Shown piece after piece: positions 1 to 13,440 of a DNA stretch of 64,000 bases. A model generated the notes under the pieces. That model saw only the letters and a list, made by a program, of their open reading frames with translations, was not told the origin of the DNA and searched no databases. The stretch is from the NCBI GenBank assembly GCA_040954595.2, contig CM082589.2, forward strand, positions 796,690 to 860,689, given 5' to 3'. Numbering within the stretch: the first letter of the stretch is position 1; each line of letters opens with the position of its first letter. The position numbers and the translations under genes are program-made. The DNA is from Balanoglossus misakiensis (taxonomy: Eukaryota > Animalia > Hemichordata).

Positions 1-3000
1 CGATTTTTCGACTATGAGAATTTTCAAAATTTCTTCATTTTTGAAAAAATCATGGGTTATACTCAGGAAAATCTTCAAAAATCGACTGATTTTCGACTTT
101 GAGAATTTTCAAAATTTCTTCATTTTTTGAAAAAATCATGGGTTATAGCTCAGGAAAATCTTCAAAAATCGACGATTTTTCGACTTTGAGAATTTTCAAA
201 ATTTCTTCATTTTTTGAAAAAATCATGGGTTATAGCTCAGGAAAATCTTCAAAAATCGACGATTTTTCGACTTTGAGAATTTTCAAAATTTCTTCATTTT
301 TTGAAAAAATCATGGGTTATAGCTCAGGAAAATCGTCAAAAATCGACGATTTTTCGACTTTGAGAATTTTCAAAATTTCTTCATTTTTTGAAAAAATCAT
401 GGGTTATAGCTCAGGAAAATCTTCAAAAATCGACGATTTTTCGACTTTGAGAATTTTCAAAATTTCTTCATTTTTTGAAAAAATCATGGGTTATAGCTCA
501 GGAAAATCTTCAAAAATCGACGATTTTTCGACTTTGAGAATTTTCAAAATTTCTTCATTTTTTGAAAAAATCATGGGTTATAGCTCAGGAAAATCTTCAA
601 AAATCGACGATTTTTCGACTTTGAGAATTTTCAAAATTTCTTCATTTTTTGAAAAAATCATGGGTTATAGCTCAGGAAAATCTTCAAAAATCGACGATTT
701 TCGACTTTGAGAATTTTCAAAATTTCTTCATTTTTTGAAAAAATCATGGGTTATAGCTCAGGAAAATCGTCAAAAATCGACGATTTTTCGACTTTGAGAA
801 TTTTCAAAATTTCTTCATTTTTTGAAAAAATCATGGGTTATAGCTCAGGAAAATCTTCAAAATCGACGATTTTTCGACTTTGAGAATTTTCAAAATTTCT
901 TCATTTTTTGAAAAAATCATGGGTTATAGCTCAGGAAAATCGTCAAAAATCGACGATTTTTCGACTTTGAGAATTTTCAAAATTTCTTCATTTTTTGAAA
1001 AAATCATGGGTTATAGCTCAGGAAAATCTTCAAAAATCGACGATTTTTCGACTTTGAGAATTTTCAAAATTTCTTCATTTTTTGAAAAAATCATGGGTTA
1101 TAGCTCAGGAAAATCGTCAAAAATCGACGATTTTTCGACTTTGAGAATTTTCAAAATTTCTTCATTTTTTGAAAAATCATGGGTTATAGCTCAGGAAAAT
1201 CTTCAAAAATCGACGATTTTTCGACTTTGAGAATTTTCAAAATTTCTTCATTTTTTGAAAAAATCATGGGTTATAGCTCAGGAAAATCGTCAAAAATCGA
1301 CGATTTTTCGACTTTGAGAATTTTCAAAATTTCTTCATTTTTTGAAAAAAATCATGGGTTATAGCTCAGGAAAATCTTCAAAAATCGACGATTTTTCGAC
1401 TTTGAGAATTTTCAAAATTTCTTCATTTTTTGAAAAAATCATGGGTTATAGCTCAGGAAAATCGTCAAAAATCGACGATTTTTCGACTTTGAGAATTTTC
1501 AAAATTTCTTCATTTTTTGAAAAAATCATGGTTATAGCTCAGGAAAATCGTCAAAAATCGACGATTTTTTCGACTTTGAGAATTTTCAAAATTTCTTCAT
1601 TTTTTGAAAAAATCATGGGTTATAGCTCAGGAAAATCGTCAAAAATCGACGATTTTTCGACTTTGAGAATTTTCAAAATTTCTTCATTTTTTGAAAAAAT
1701 CATGGGTTATAGCTCAGGAAAATCGTCAAAAATCGACGATTTTTCGACTTTGAGAATTTTCAAAATTTCTTCATTTTTTGAAAAAATCATGGGTTATAGC
1801 TCAGGAAAATCGTCAAAAATCGACGATTTTTCGACTTTGAGAATTTTCAAAATTTCTTCATTTTTTGAAAAAATCATGGGTTATAGCTCAGGAAAATCGT
1901 CAAAAATCGACGATTTTTCGACTTTGAGAATTTTCAAAATTTCTTCATTTTTTGAAAAAATCATGGGTTATAGCTCAGGAAAATCGTCAAAAATCGACGA
2001 TTTTTCGACTTTGAGAATTTTCAAAATTTCTTCATTTTTTGAAAAAATCATGGGTTATAGCTCAGGAAAATCGTCAAAAATCGACGATTTTTCGACTTTG
2101 AGAATTTTCAAAATTTCTTCATTTTTTGAAAAAATCATGGGTTATAGCTCAGGAAAATCGTCAAAAATCGACGATTTTTCGACTTTGAGAATTTTCAAAA
2201 TTTCTTCATTTTTTGAAAAAATCATGGGTTATAGCTCAGGAAAATCGTCAAAAATCGACGATTTTTCGACTTTGAGAATTTTCAAAAATTTCTTCATTTT
2301 TTGAAAAAATCATGGGTTATAGCTCAGGAAAATCGTCAAAAATCGACGATTTTTCGACTTTGAGAATTTTCAAAATTTCTTCATTTTTTGAAAAAATCAT
2401 GGGTTATAGCTCAGGAAAATCGTCAAAAATCGACGATTTTCGACTTTGAGAATTTTCAAAATTTCTTCATTTTTTGAAAAAATCATGGGTTATAGCTCAG
2501 GAAAATCGTCAAAAATCGACGATTTTTCGACTTTGAGAATTTTCAAAATTTCTTCATTTTTTGAAAAAATCATGGGTTATAGCTCAGGAAAATCGTCAAA
2601 AATCGACGATTTTTCGACTTTGAGAATTTTCAAAATTTCTTCATTTTTTGAAAAAATCATGGGTTATAGCTCAGGAAAATCGTCAAAAATCGACGATTTT
2701 TCGACTTTGAGAATTTTCAAAATTTCTTCATTTTTTGAAAAAATCATGGGTTATAGCTCAGGAAAATCTTCAAAAATCGACGATTTTTCGACTTTGAGAA
2801 TTTTCAAAATTTCTTCATTTTTTGAAAAAATCATGGGTTATAGCTCAGGAAAATCTTCAAAAATCGACGATTTTTCGACTTTGAGAATTTTCAAAATTTC
2901 TTCATTTTTTGAAAAAATCATGGGTTATAGCTCAGGAAAATCTTCAAAAATCGACGATTTTTCGACTTTGAGAATTTTCAAAATTTCTTCATTTTTTGAA

Positions 3001-6000
3001 AAAATCATGGGTTATAGCTCAGGAAAATCGTCAAAAATCGACGATTTTTCGACTTTGAGAATTTTCAAAATTTCTTCATTTTTTGAAAAAATCATGGGTT
3101 ATAGCTCAGGAAAATCTTCAAAAATCGACGATTTTTCGACTTTGAGAATTTTCAAAATTTCTTCATTTTTTGAAAAAATCATGGTTATAGCTCAGGAAAA
3201 TCGTCAAAAATCGACGATTTTTCGACTTTGAGAATTTTCAAAATTTCTTCATTTTTTGAAAAAATCATGGGTTATAGCTCAGGAAAATCGTCAAAAATCG
3301 ACGATTTTTCGACTTTGAGAATTTTCAAAATTTCTTCATTTTTTGAAAAAAATCATGGGTTATAGCTCAGGAAAATCGTCAAAAATCGACGATTTTTCGA
3401 CTTTGAGAATTTTCAAAATTTCTTCATTTTTTGAAAAAATCATGGGTTATAGCTCAGGAAAATCGTCAAAAATCGACGATTTTTCGACTTTGAGAATTTT
3501 CAAAATTTCTTCATTTTTTGAAAAAATCATGGGTTATAGCTCAGGAAAATCGTCAAAAATCGACGATTTTTCGACTTTGAGAATTTTCAAAATTTCTTCA
3601 TTTTTTGAAAAAATCATGGGTTATAGCTCAGGAAAATCGTCAAAAATCGACGATTTTTCGACTTTGAGAATTTTCAAAATTTCTTCATTTTTTGAAAAAA
3701 TCATGGGTTATAGCTCAGGAAAATCGTCAAAAATCGACGATTTTTCGACTTTGAGAATTTTCAAAATTTCTTCATTTTTTGAAAAAATCATGGGTTATAG
3801 CTCAGGAAAATCGTCAAAAATCGACGATTTTTCGACTTTGAGAATTTTCAAAATTTCTTCATTTTTTGAAAAAATCATGGGTTATAGCTCAGGAAAATCG
3901 TCAAAAATCGACGATTTTTCGACTTTGAGAATTTTCAAAATTTCTTCATTTTTTGAAAAAATCATGGGTTATAGCTCAGGAAAATCGTCAAAAATCGACG
4001 ATTTTTCGACTTTGAGAATTTTCAAAATTTCTTCATTTTTTGAAAAAATCATGGGTTATAGCTCAGGAAAATCGTCAAAAATCGACGATTTTTCGACTTT
4101 GAGAATTTTCAAAATTTCTTCATTTTTTGAAAAAATCATGGGTTATAGCTCAGGAAAATCGTCAAAAATCGACGATTTTTCGACTTTGAGAATTTTCAAA
4201 ATTTCTTCATTTTTTGAAAAAATCATGGGTTATAGCTCAGGAAAATCTTCAAAAATCGACGATTTTTCGACTTTGAGAATTTTCAAAATTTCTTCATTTT
4301 TTGAAAAAATCATGGGTTATAGCTCAGGAAAATCGTCAAAAATCGACGATTTTTCGACTTTGAGAATTTTCAAAATTTCTTCATTTTTTGAAAAAATCAT
4401 GGGTTATAGCTCAGGAAAATCGTCAAAAATCGACGATTTTTCGACTTTGAGAATTTTCAAAATTTCTTCATTTTTTGAAAAAATCATGGGTTATAGCTCA
4501 GGAAAATCGTCAAAAATCGACGATTTTTCGACTTTGAGAATTTTCAAAATTTCTTCATTTTTTGAAAAAATCATGGGTTATAGCTCAGGAAAATCGTCAA
4601 AAATCGACGATTTTTCGACTTTGAGAATTTTCAAAATTTCTTCATTTTTTGAAAAAATCATGGGTTATAGCTCAGGAAAATCTTCAAAAATCGACGATTT
4701 TTCGACTTTGAGAATTTTCAAAATTTCTTCATTTTTTGAAAAAATCATGGGTTATAGCTCAGGAAAATCGTCAAAAATCGACGATTTTTCGACTTTGAGA
4801 ATTTTCAAAATTTCTTCATTTTTTGAAAAAATCATGGGTTATAGCTCAGGAAAATCGTCAAAAATCGACGATTTTTCGACTTTGAGAATTTTCAAAATTT
4901 CTTCATTTTTTGAAAAAATCATGGGTTATAGCTCAGGAAAATCGTCAAAAATCGACGATTTTCGACTTTGAGAATTTTCAAAATTTCTTCATTTTTTGAA
5001 AAAATCATGGGTTATAGCTCAGGAAAATCGTCAAAAATCGACGATTTTTCGACTTTGAGAATTTTCAAAATTTCTTCATTTTTTGAAAAAATCATGGGTT
5101 ATAGCTCAGGAAAATCGTCAAAAATCGACGATTTTTCGACTTTGAGAATTTTCAAAATTTCTTCATTTTTTGAAAAAATCATGGGTTATAGCTCAGGAAA
5201 ATCGTCAAAAATCGACGATTTTTCGACTTTGAGAATTTTCAAAATTTCTTCATTTTTTGAAAAAATCATGGGTTATAGCTCAGGAAAATCGTCAAAAATC
5301 GACGATTTTTCGACTTTGAGAATTTTCAAAATTTCTTCATTTTTTGAAAAAATCATGGGTTATAGCTCAGGAAAATCGTCAAAAATCGACGATTTTTCGA
5401 CTTTGAGAATTTTCAAAATTTCTTCATTTTTTGAAAAAATCATGGGTTATAGCTCAGGAAAATCGTCAAAAATCGACGATTTTTCGACTTTGAGAATTTT
5501 CAAAATTTCTTCATTTTTTGAAAAAATCATGGGTTATAGCTCAGGAAAATCGTCAAAAATCGACGATTTTTCGACTTTGAGAATTTTCAAAATTTCTTCA
5601 TTTTTTGAAAAAATCATGGGTTATAGCTCAGGAAAATCGTCAAAAATCGACGATTTTTCGACTTTGAGAATTTTCAAAATTTCTTCATTTTTTGAAAAAA
5701 TCATGGGTTATAGCTCAGGAAAATCGTCAAAAATCGACGATTTTTCGACTTTGAGAATTTTCAAAATTTCTTCATTTTTTGAAAAAATCATGGGTTATAG
5801 CTCAGGAAAATCGTCAAAAATCGACGATTTTTCGACTTTGAGAATTTTCAAAATTTCTTCATTTTTTGAAAAAATCATGGGTTATAGCTCAGGAAAATCG
5901 TCAAAAATCGACGATTTTTCGACTTTGAGAATTTTCAAATTTCTTCATTTTTTGAAAAAATCATGGGTTATAGCTCAGGAAAATCGTCAAAAATCGACGA

Positions 6001-8508
6001 TTTTTCGACTTTGAGAATTTTCAAAATTTCTTCATTTTTTTGAAAAAATCATGGGTTATAGCTCAGGAAAATCTTCAAAAATCGACGATTTTTCGACTTT
6101 GAGAATTTTCAAAATTTCTTCATTTTTTGAAAAAATCATGGGTTATAGCTCAGGAAAATCGTCAAAAATCGACGATTTTTCGACTTTGAGAATTTTCAAA
6201 ATTTCTTCATTTTTTGAAAAAATCATGGGTTATAGCTCAGGAAAATCGTCAAAAATCGACGATTTTTCGACTTTGAGAATTTTCAAAATTTCTTCATTTT
6301 TTGAAAAAATCATGGGTTATAGCTCAGGAAAATCGTCAAAAATCGACGATTTTTCGACTTTGAGAATTTTCAAAATTTCTTCATTTTTTGAAAAAATCAT
6401 GGGTTATAGCTCAGGAAAATCGTCAAAAATCGACGATTTTTCGACTTTGAGAATTTTCAAAATTTCTTCATTTTTTGAAAAAATCATGGGTTATAGCTCA
6501 GGAAAATCGTCAAAAATCGACGATTTTTCGACTTTGAGAATTTTCAAAATTTCTTCATTTTTTGAAAAAATCATGGGTTATAGCTCAGGAAAATCGTCAA
6601 AAATCGACGATTTTTCGACTTTGAGAATTTTCAAAATTTCTTCATTTTTTGAAAAAATCATGGGTTATAGCTCAGGAAAATCGTCAAAAATCGACGATTT
6701 TTCGACTTTGAGAATTTTCAAAATTTCTTCATTTTTTGAAAAAATCATGGGTTATAGCTCAGGAAAATCGTCAAAAATCGACGATTTTTCGACTTTGAGA
6801 ATTTTCAAAATTTCTTCATTTTTTGAAAAAATCATGGGTTATAGCTCAGGAAAATCGTCAAAAATCGACGATTTTTCGACTTTGAGAATTTTCAAAATTT
6901 CTTCATTTTTTGAAAAAATCATGGGTTATAGCTCAGGAAAATCGTCAAAAATCGACGATTTTTCGACTTTGAGAATTTTCAAAATTTCTTCATTTTTTGA
7001 AAAAATCATGGGTTATAGCTCAGGAAAATCGTCAAAAATCGACGATTTTTCGACTTTGAGAATTTTCAAAATTTCTTCATTTTTTGAAAAAATCATGGGT
7101 TATAGCTCAGGAAAATCGTCAAAAATCGACGATTTTTCGACTTTGAGAATTTTCAAAATTTCTTCATTTTTTGAAAAAATCATGGGTTATAGCTCAGGAA
7201 AATCTTCAAAAATCGACGATTTTTCGACTTTGAGAATTTTCAAAATTTCTTCATTTTTTGAAAAAATCATGGGTTATAGCTCAGGAAAATCGTCAAAAAT
7301 CAACGATTTTTCGACTTTGAGAATTTTCAAAATTTCTTCATTTTTTGAAAAAATCATGGGTTATAGCTCAGGAAAATCTTCAAAAATCGACGATTTTTCG
7401 ACTTTGAGAATTTTCAAAATTTCTTCATTTTTTGAAAAAATCATGGGTTATAGCTCAGGAAAATCTTCAAAAATCGACGATTTTTCGACTTTGAGAATTT
7501 TCAAAATTTCTTCATTTTTTGAAAAAATCATGGGTTATAGCTCAGGAAAATCTTCAAAAATCGACGATTTTTCGACTTTGAGAATTTTCAAAATTTCTTC
7601 ATTTTTTGAAAAAATCATGGGTTATAGCTCAGGAAAATCTTCAAAAATCGACGATTTTTCGACTTTGAGAATTTTCAAAATTTCTTCATTTTTTGAAAAA
7701 ATCATGGGTTATAGCTCAGGAAAATCGTCAAAAATCGACGATTTTTCGACTTTGAGAATTTTCAAAATTTCTTCATTTTTTGAAAAAATCATGGGTTATA
7801 GCTCAGGAAAATCTTCAAAAATCGACGATTTTTCGACTTTGAGAATTTTCAAAATTTCTTCATTTTTTGAAAAAATCATGGGTTATAGCTCAGGAAAATC
7901 GTCAAAAATCGACGATTTTTCGACTTTGAGAATTTTCAAAATTTCTTCATTTTTTGAAAAAATCATGGGTTATAGCTCAGGAAAATCGTCAAAAATCGAC
8001 GATTTTTCGACTTTGAGAATTTTCAAAATTTCTTCATTTTTTGAAAAAATCATGGGTTATAGCTCAGGAAAATCGTCAAAAATCGACGATTTTTCGACTT
8101 TGAGAATTTTCAAAATTTCTTCATTTTTTGAAAAAATCATGGGTTATAGCTCAGGAAAATCTTCAAAAATCGACGATTTTTCGACTTTGAGAATTTTCAA
8201 AATTTCTTCATTTTTTGAAAAAATCATGGGTTATAGCTCAGGAAAATCGTCAAAAATCGACGATTTTTCGACTTTGAGAATTTTCAAAATTTCTTCATTT
8301 TTTGAAAAAATCATGGGTTATAGCTCAGGAAAATCGTCAAAAATCGACGATTTTTCGACTTTGAGAATTTTCAAAATTTCTTCATTTTTTGAAAAAATCA
8401 TGGGTTATAGCTCAGGAAAATCGTCAAAATTCGACGATTTTTCGACTTTGAGAATTTTCAAAATTTCTTCATTTTTTGAAAAAATCATGGGTTATAGCTC
8501 AGGAAATA
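1..8508. repeat. 87-bp tandem satellite, variant A (~97 copies; begins at the window edge)
   Basis: Near-perfect monomer ttttcgactttgagaattttcaaaatttcttcattttttgaaaaaatcatgggttatagctcaggaaaatc[g/t]tcaaaaatcgacgat. Variation is mostly one g/t site plus homopolymer-length indels. Confidence 0.99.
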
Positions 8509-9912
8509 TACTCAGGAAAATGTTGAAAAATCGACGATTTTTCGACTTTGCGAATTTTCGAAATTTGGTCATTTTTTGAAAAAACCATGGGTTATAGCTC
8601 AGGAAAATGTTGAAAAATCGACGATTTTTCGACTTTGCGAATTTTCGAAATTTGGTCATTTTTTGAAAAAACCATGGGTTATAGCTCAGGAAAATGTTGA
8701 AAAATCGACGATTTTTCGACTTTGCGAATTTTCGAAATTTGGTCATTTTTTGAAAAAACCATGGGTTATAGCTCAGGAAAATGTTGAAAAATCGACGATT
8801 TTTCGACTTTGCGAATTTTCGAAATTTGGTCATTTTTTTGAAAAAACCATGGGTTATAGCTCAGGAAAATGTTGAAAAATCGACGATTTTTCGACTTTGC
8901 GAATTTTCGAAATTTGGTCATTTTTTGAAAAAACCATGGGTTATAGCTCAGGAAAATGTTGAAAAATCGACGATTTTTCGACTTTGCGAATTTTCGAAAT
9001 TTGGTCATTTTTTGAAAAAACCATGGGTTATAGACTCAGGAAAATGTTGAAAAATCGACGATTTTTCGACTTTGCGAATTTTCGAAATTTGGTCATTTTT
9101 TGAAAAAACCATGGGTTATAGCTCAGGAAAATGTTGAAAAATCGACGATTTTTCGACTTTGCGAATTTTCGAAATTTGGTCATTTTTTGAAAAAAACCAT
9201 GGGTTATAGCTCAGGAAAATGTTGAAAACTCGACGATTTTTCGACTTTGCGAATTTTCGAAATTTGGTCATTTTTTGAAAAAACCATGGGTTATAGCTCA
9301 GGAAAATGTTGAAAAATCGACGATTTTTCGACTTTGCGAATTTTCGAAATTTGGTCATTTTTTGAAAAAAACCATGGGTTATAGCTCAGGAAAATGTTGA
9401 AAAATCGACGATTTTTCGACTTTGCGAATTTTCGAAATTTGGTCATTTTTTGAAAAAACCATGGGTTATAGCTCAGGAAAATGTTGAAAAATCGACGATT
9501 TTTCGACTTTGCGAATTTTCGAAATTTGGTCATTTTTTGAAAAAACCATGGGTTATAGCTCAGGAAAATGTTGAAAAATCGACGATTTTTCGACTTTGCG
9601 AATTTCCGAAATTTGGTCATTTTTTGAAAAAAACCATGGGTTATAGCTCAGGAAAATGTTGAAAAATCGACGTTTTTTCGACTTTGCGAATTTTCGAAAT
9701 TTGGTCATTTTTTGAAAAAAACCATGGGTTATAGCTCAGGAAAATGTTGAAAAATCGACGATTTTTCGACTTTGCGAATTTTCGAAATTTGGTCATTTTT
9801 TGAAAAAACCATGGGTTATAGCTCAGGAAAATGTTGAAAAATCGACGATTTTTCGACTTTGCGAATTTTCGAAATTTGGTCATTTTTTGAAAAAACCATG
9901 GGTTATAGCTCA
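8509..9912. repeat. 87-bp tandem satellite, variant B (~16 copies)
   Basis: Monomer ttttcgactttgcgaattttcgaaatttggtcattttttgaaaaaaccatgggttatagctcaggaaaatgttgaaaaatcgacgat. Same period and register as A, with about 7-8 fixed substitutions. Confidence 0.98.
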
Positions 9913-10250
9913 GTAAAATCTTGAAAAATCGACGATTTTTCGACTTTGAGAATTTTCAAAATTTCTTCATTTTTTGAAAAAATCATGGGTTATAGCTCAG
10001 GAAAATCTTCAAAAATCGACAATTTTTCTACTTTGAGAATTTTCAAAATTTCTTCATTTTTTGAAAAAAATCATGGGTTATAGCTCATGAAAATCATCCA
10101 AAAACGACAAATTCTTGACATTGTAAATTGTGACCATTTTGGCATTTTAACGTTATACGCATGGACTATAACTCATACACACTGAAAAAATGACAAATTC
10201 TTGACTTTGTGAATTTTGACCATTTTAGTCATTTTAATGTCATACGCATG
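9913..10250. repeat. Satellite edge: two variant-A monomers followed by two degenerate monomers
   Basis: A-type sequence resumes at ~9913-10085. Then gacaaattcttgac recurs at ~10106 and ~10192 (86 bp apart), with remnants such as catggactataactca. Confidence 0.85.
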
Positions 10251-10310
10251 TTCAAATATCACTTTACATTACATGGGAGATACTGGTTTTCTTTCTATCA
10301 TTCCACACAG

Positions 10311-13300
10311 AGAGTTACTTTAAGCAAAACGAGAAACAAATAAACCTTAAGACGCAAAGAAGCATGAGTCAGAATGAACTTGGTAGCAGTCTTCAAAAAG
10401 CTATCAGTGAAAACTGGCTTGCTCTTCATACACGTAGATACTCTTGGAGTAAGTTGATCCAGAATGATTGCAATATTCTAGTTTCACAGTCCTTTCTCCT
10501 TCTATGTGTTGTACACTTTCCTGTTGTAGAAATTGTAATTTTAAGGTTAAAAGAGCGTGTGTAAAAATAGATATTACGTGGCAATAATCGGGAATTAATA
10601 AATATATACAGCACAATAGGTAGGATGGCAAATGGTTACTCCTCGAAATATGATAATTATGTAGACACTTTAAATGCACATGCATGTTGCATAGAAATAC
10701 TTACTTCTCTTCCATCTGGGATTCTCACTTCATGTTGCATCTGCTGTCTTCCTTCTTGGATCTGCGTAAATGATAAAACACTAGTGTTAAAATGTGTGAT
10801 GTATATTTTACCCCTATGTAACTGTAATGAGTGAGGCCAGTCTAAAGTGAACACTCTTATGAGGTTTGGTTGTTTGGTTTGCAAGTGTGTGGAAACTCCA
10901 GTGAACTTGCTGGGTTGGACAGTCTTCACTTTGGGCATGGTTTCCTAAATAATCCCTCTATATAGTTAAAAATCCTCACCGTTCTTTTCACATATAATTA
11001 TGTTCGAAAGACGTGACCAAAGAAAATTGACACTCAATAATTTCACAAACCTGATGATTTTGCAGTGAGTCCCGAAGATCGTGCTGCTTGCCGAGGTCGT
11101 CTTCCCAGTTCTTGTAGTCTTGATGACACAAGTGATACAAACAGCATTGCCAGTACTGAACCAGATTCCTATAGGTATGATAGAATGTAAAATTTACATG
11201 AAGAGGGTTTCCATAGCGACATACGCTGTAACTTTTGGCTTTTTATTTCATTATTTTGTTCTGTGTACCATCTGACCTCAAACTCTGCTTGTCAACATCG
11301 ACTTGGTGTTTGTTACGGCCACTGTTATTGTTGACAAATGAATTCTAGTCTGGACTTGAATTCGAATTTTTCATGATAATAATGCTGACTATAGACAGAT
11401 AAATACTGGACATTTTATCTTGCTTCAAGGATTTGAACAAGAACTTGCAGTTGGTACATACACAAAACAAAATGGTGGAAACATGGTCAAAAGTTACAGC
11501 TAATGGAGCTTTAAATACCCCTAGCAGCCTTTTTTTAATGAGTTAAGCTTTACCTGTTTCAAACGATGATAAACAAATTTGCGCCTGAAGAATTCGAGGC
11601 GCGAATTTGACGCGCACTTTTTTTTTTCCTTTTTATTGAAGGCCGGCACCAGAGGGGGATGATGTTGCTTCCGTTCGTTCTGCTAATGAAGTTGGCTCGC
11701 TCGGTCCTGGCCAGTATGATGTTGTATCCTTGATAGGTAATTAAATCTGTTTCTCAAAATACATACAGTGAAATTTGACTACAAACACAAGCATGGTACC
11801 GGTGTATAATTTGGGTTTTGAGAACATACCACCAAATTATTTATAGAATACTCAACACAGAGCAATTCAGTCGCAATGGGCATAAAAGTTCACTGTTTTT
11901 GAATTTTCCTTTTTTTCCACTTTGTTAGACAATGCTGCAAAACCTGTTGGGACGATCAAAATAGGAGTGGTGATGACAAAAGGCCATTTGGAAGTTGAAG
12001 TTATCTCAGCCAAGGGACTCCCTAAACACGAAAATGATCAGTTGCCAGGTTGGTGCTCATGTCTATAATTGAGATCCTCATAAACAAATTGTTGTTGACA
12101 AGTTGCTAGAGAGCTTTAAACTATCAAGTCGGTGAAAAAAGTGGCATTTTCTTACGGACAACAGAGGAGGAAATCTTGATACGCCTCAAGAAACAATCAT
12201 TTGTAAGATATGTCATTCTATGAAATTCAGCTCGACTTGAGACTAGAATGCCTCAAAGATCAAGAAACATGATCATGGAAACTTCAAAACAACATTAAAG
12301 TAATGAGGCTAATTTCACTCAATGAGGAAATGATCGGACATAATGAAAGTGTAATATGGCTAATTTTGAATCCACTTGGGAAAATTGTGAAGATGTTTGT
12401 CTAAGGCAAGTAGTCCAATTAAGTGCAAGTATGGAAGTCATCCAGAAGATACTATTAAGCATCACAATTAGAGTCAGCGATGAGAACAATATTGAACTAA
12501 GCTAAAATGTCATTTAGTCTTTTTAATTTACTGTGAGTTACCCTATAAAATTAATGATTGACATTTTGGGGCTATGAGACGTTTTACACATTTAAAACAA
12601 TTTTCAAAATTAAAGTGCGCTTGCAACTTGACATTGCAAAGAAGTTTCGCAAGGCTTTTCAGCAAAGAGTCAACCAGAATGAGGTCAATACTCTCTCAAT
12701 CATTAATTCATGTTTTCTGGTCAAGAATAAGTTAACATCCTAATGTCAAAGGCAATTTTCCCAAGTGATTTCAAAATTACTTGCTTTGTACCCTCATCAT
12801 ATCTCATTTCTTGGCAATTATTTGAAGTTCACCATTATTACCTTCATCTTGTTATCCACAACTACTATACACTACTCTTTACAGAGCAGGTTTTGATTAG
12901 AGATCTAAAAAAGCAATCAAAATTTTTCTATTCTCTGATTAAGGCTGTCTGGATGGAGTAATATAAAGAAACCATCGAAAAGCTTAAAGTTTTGTGATTT
13001 ATTGAAGTCACTCAGAGGTCCAGAATTCATTTCTTCATAAGAGGGTCTGCAGGCATTGATCAAGCATATTAAATCTCTTTCTGTCTCCTTCATGTGCATT
13101 GAAGTCATCTTCTGAATGTTTTGTTTCAGATACATACGTCAAAACCTATCTGGTCGAAGGTGCACGTCGCATACAGAAAAAGAAAACCAGGGTTGTCAAG
13201 CAATCTCATGATCCTGCATACCGGCAGATGATTCGATATTCTGCTTGTGATGTCTATGGAAGAAACTTGCAAATTATGGTTTGGGAGAGGCTAGGGACAC

Positions 13301-13440
13301 TGCAACACAATCATTGCATCGGAGAAGTACAGATCACCTTGGATGAGTTAGAACTTTGTAAACACACAGTGGGGTGGTATACACTCTTCCCAAGTGATGT
13401 CTACAAATTAGGTTCAAATGACTCCATCAATTCCTTCTAA
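10311..13440 (+). CDS. RIM (RIMS3/4, gamma-RIM-like) C2B-domain protein; possibly 5'-partial
   Basis: In-phase GT-AG exons 10311-10448, 11066-11174, 11642-11736, 11929-12048, 13130-13440. Translation includes LGPGQ, GTIKIGVVMTKGHLEVEVISAKGL, DTYVKTYLVEG..KKKTRVV and LDELELCKHTVGWYTLFP, typical of RIM C2B. The first in-frame ATG (10364) gives 239 aa. AATAAA at 16671 and 16712. Confidence 0.85.

Noticed and set aside
99-9883. Long ORFs of 29-aa repeats (MGYSSGKSSKIDDFSTLRIFKISSFFEKI)
   Set aside because: A by-product of an 87-bp (multiple of 3) satellite. Frames break at homopolymer indels, and variant B has a stop in the same frame (MGYSSGKC*).
1-9912. CRISPR-like regular array
   Set aside because: No unique spacers, whole units are identical, no cas genes, and the context is eukaryotic.
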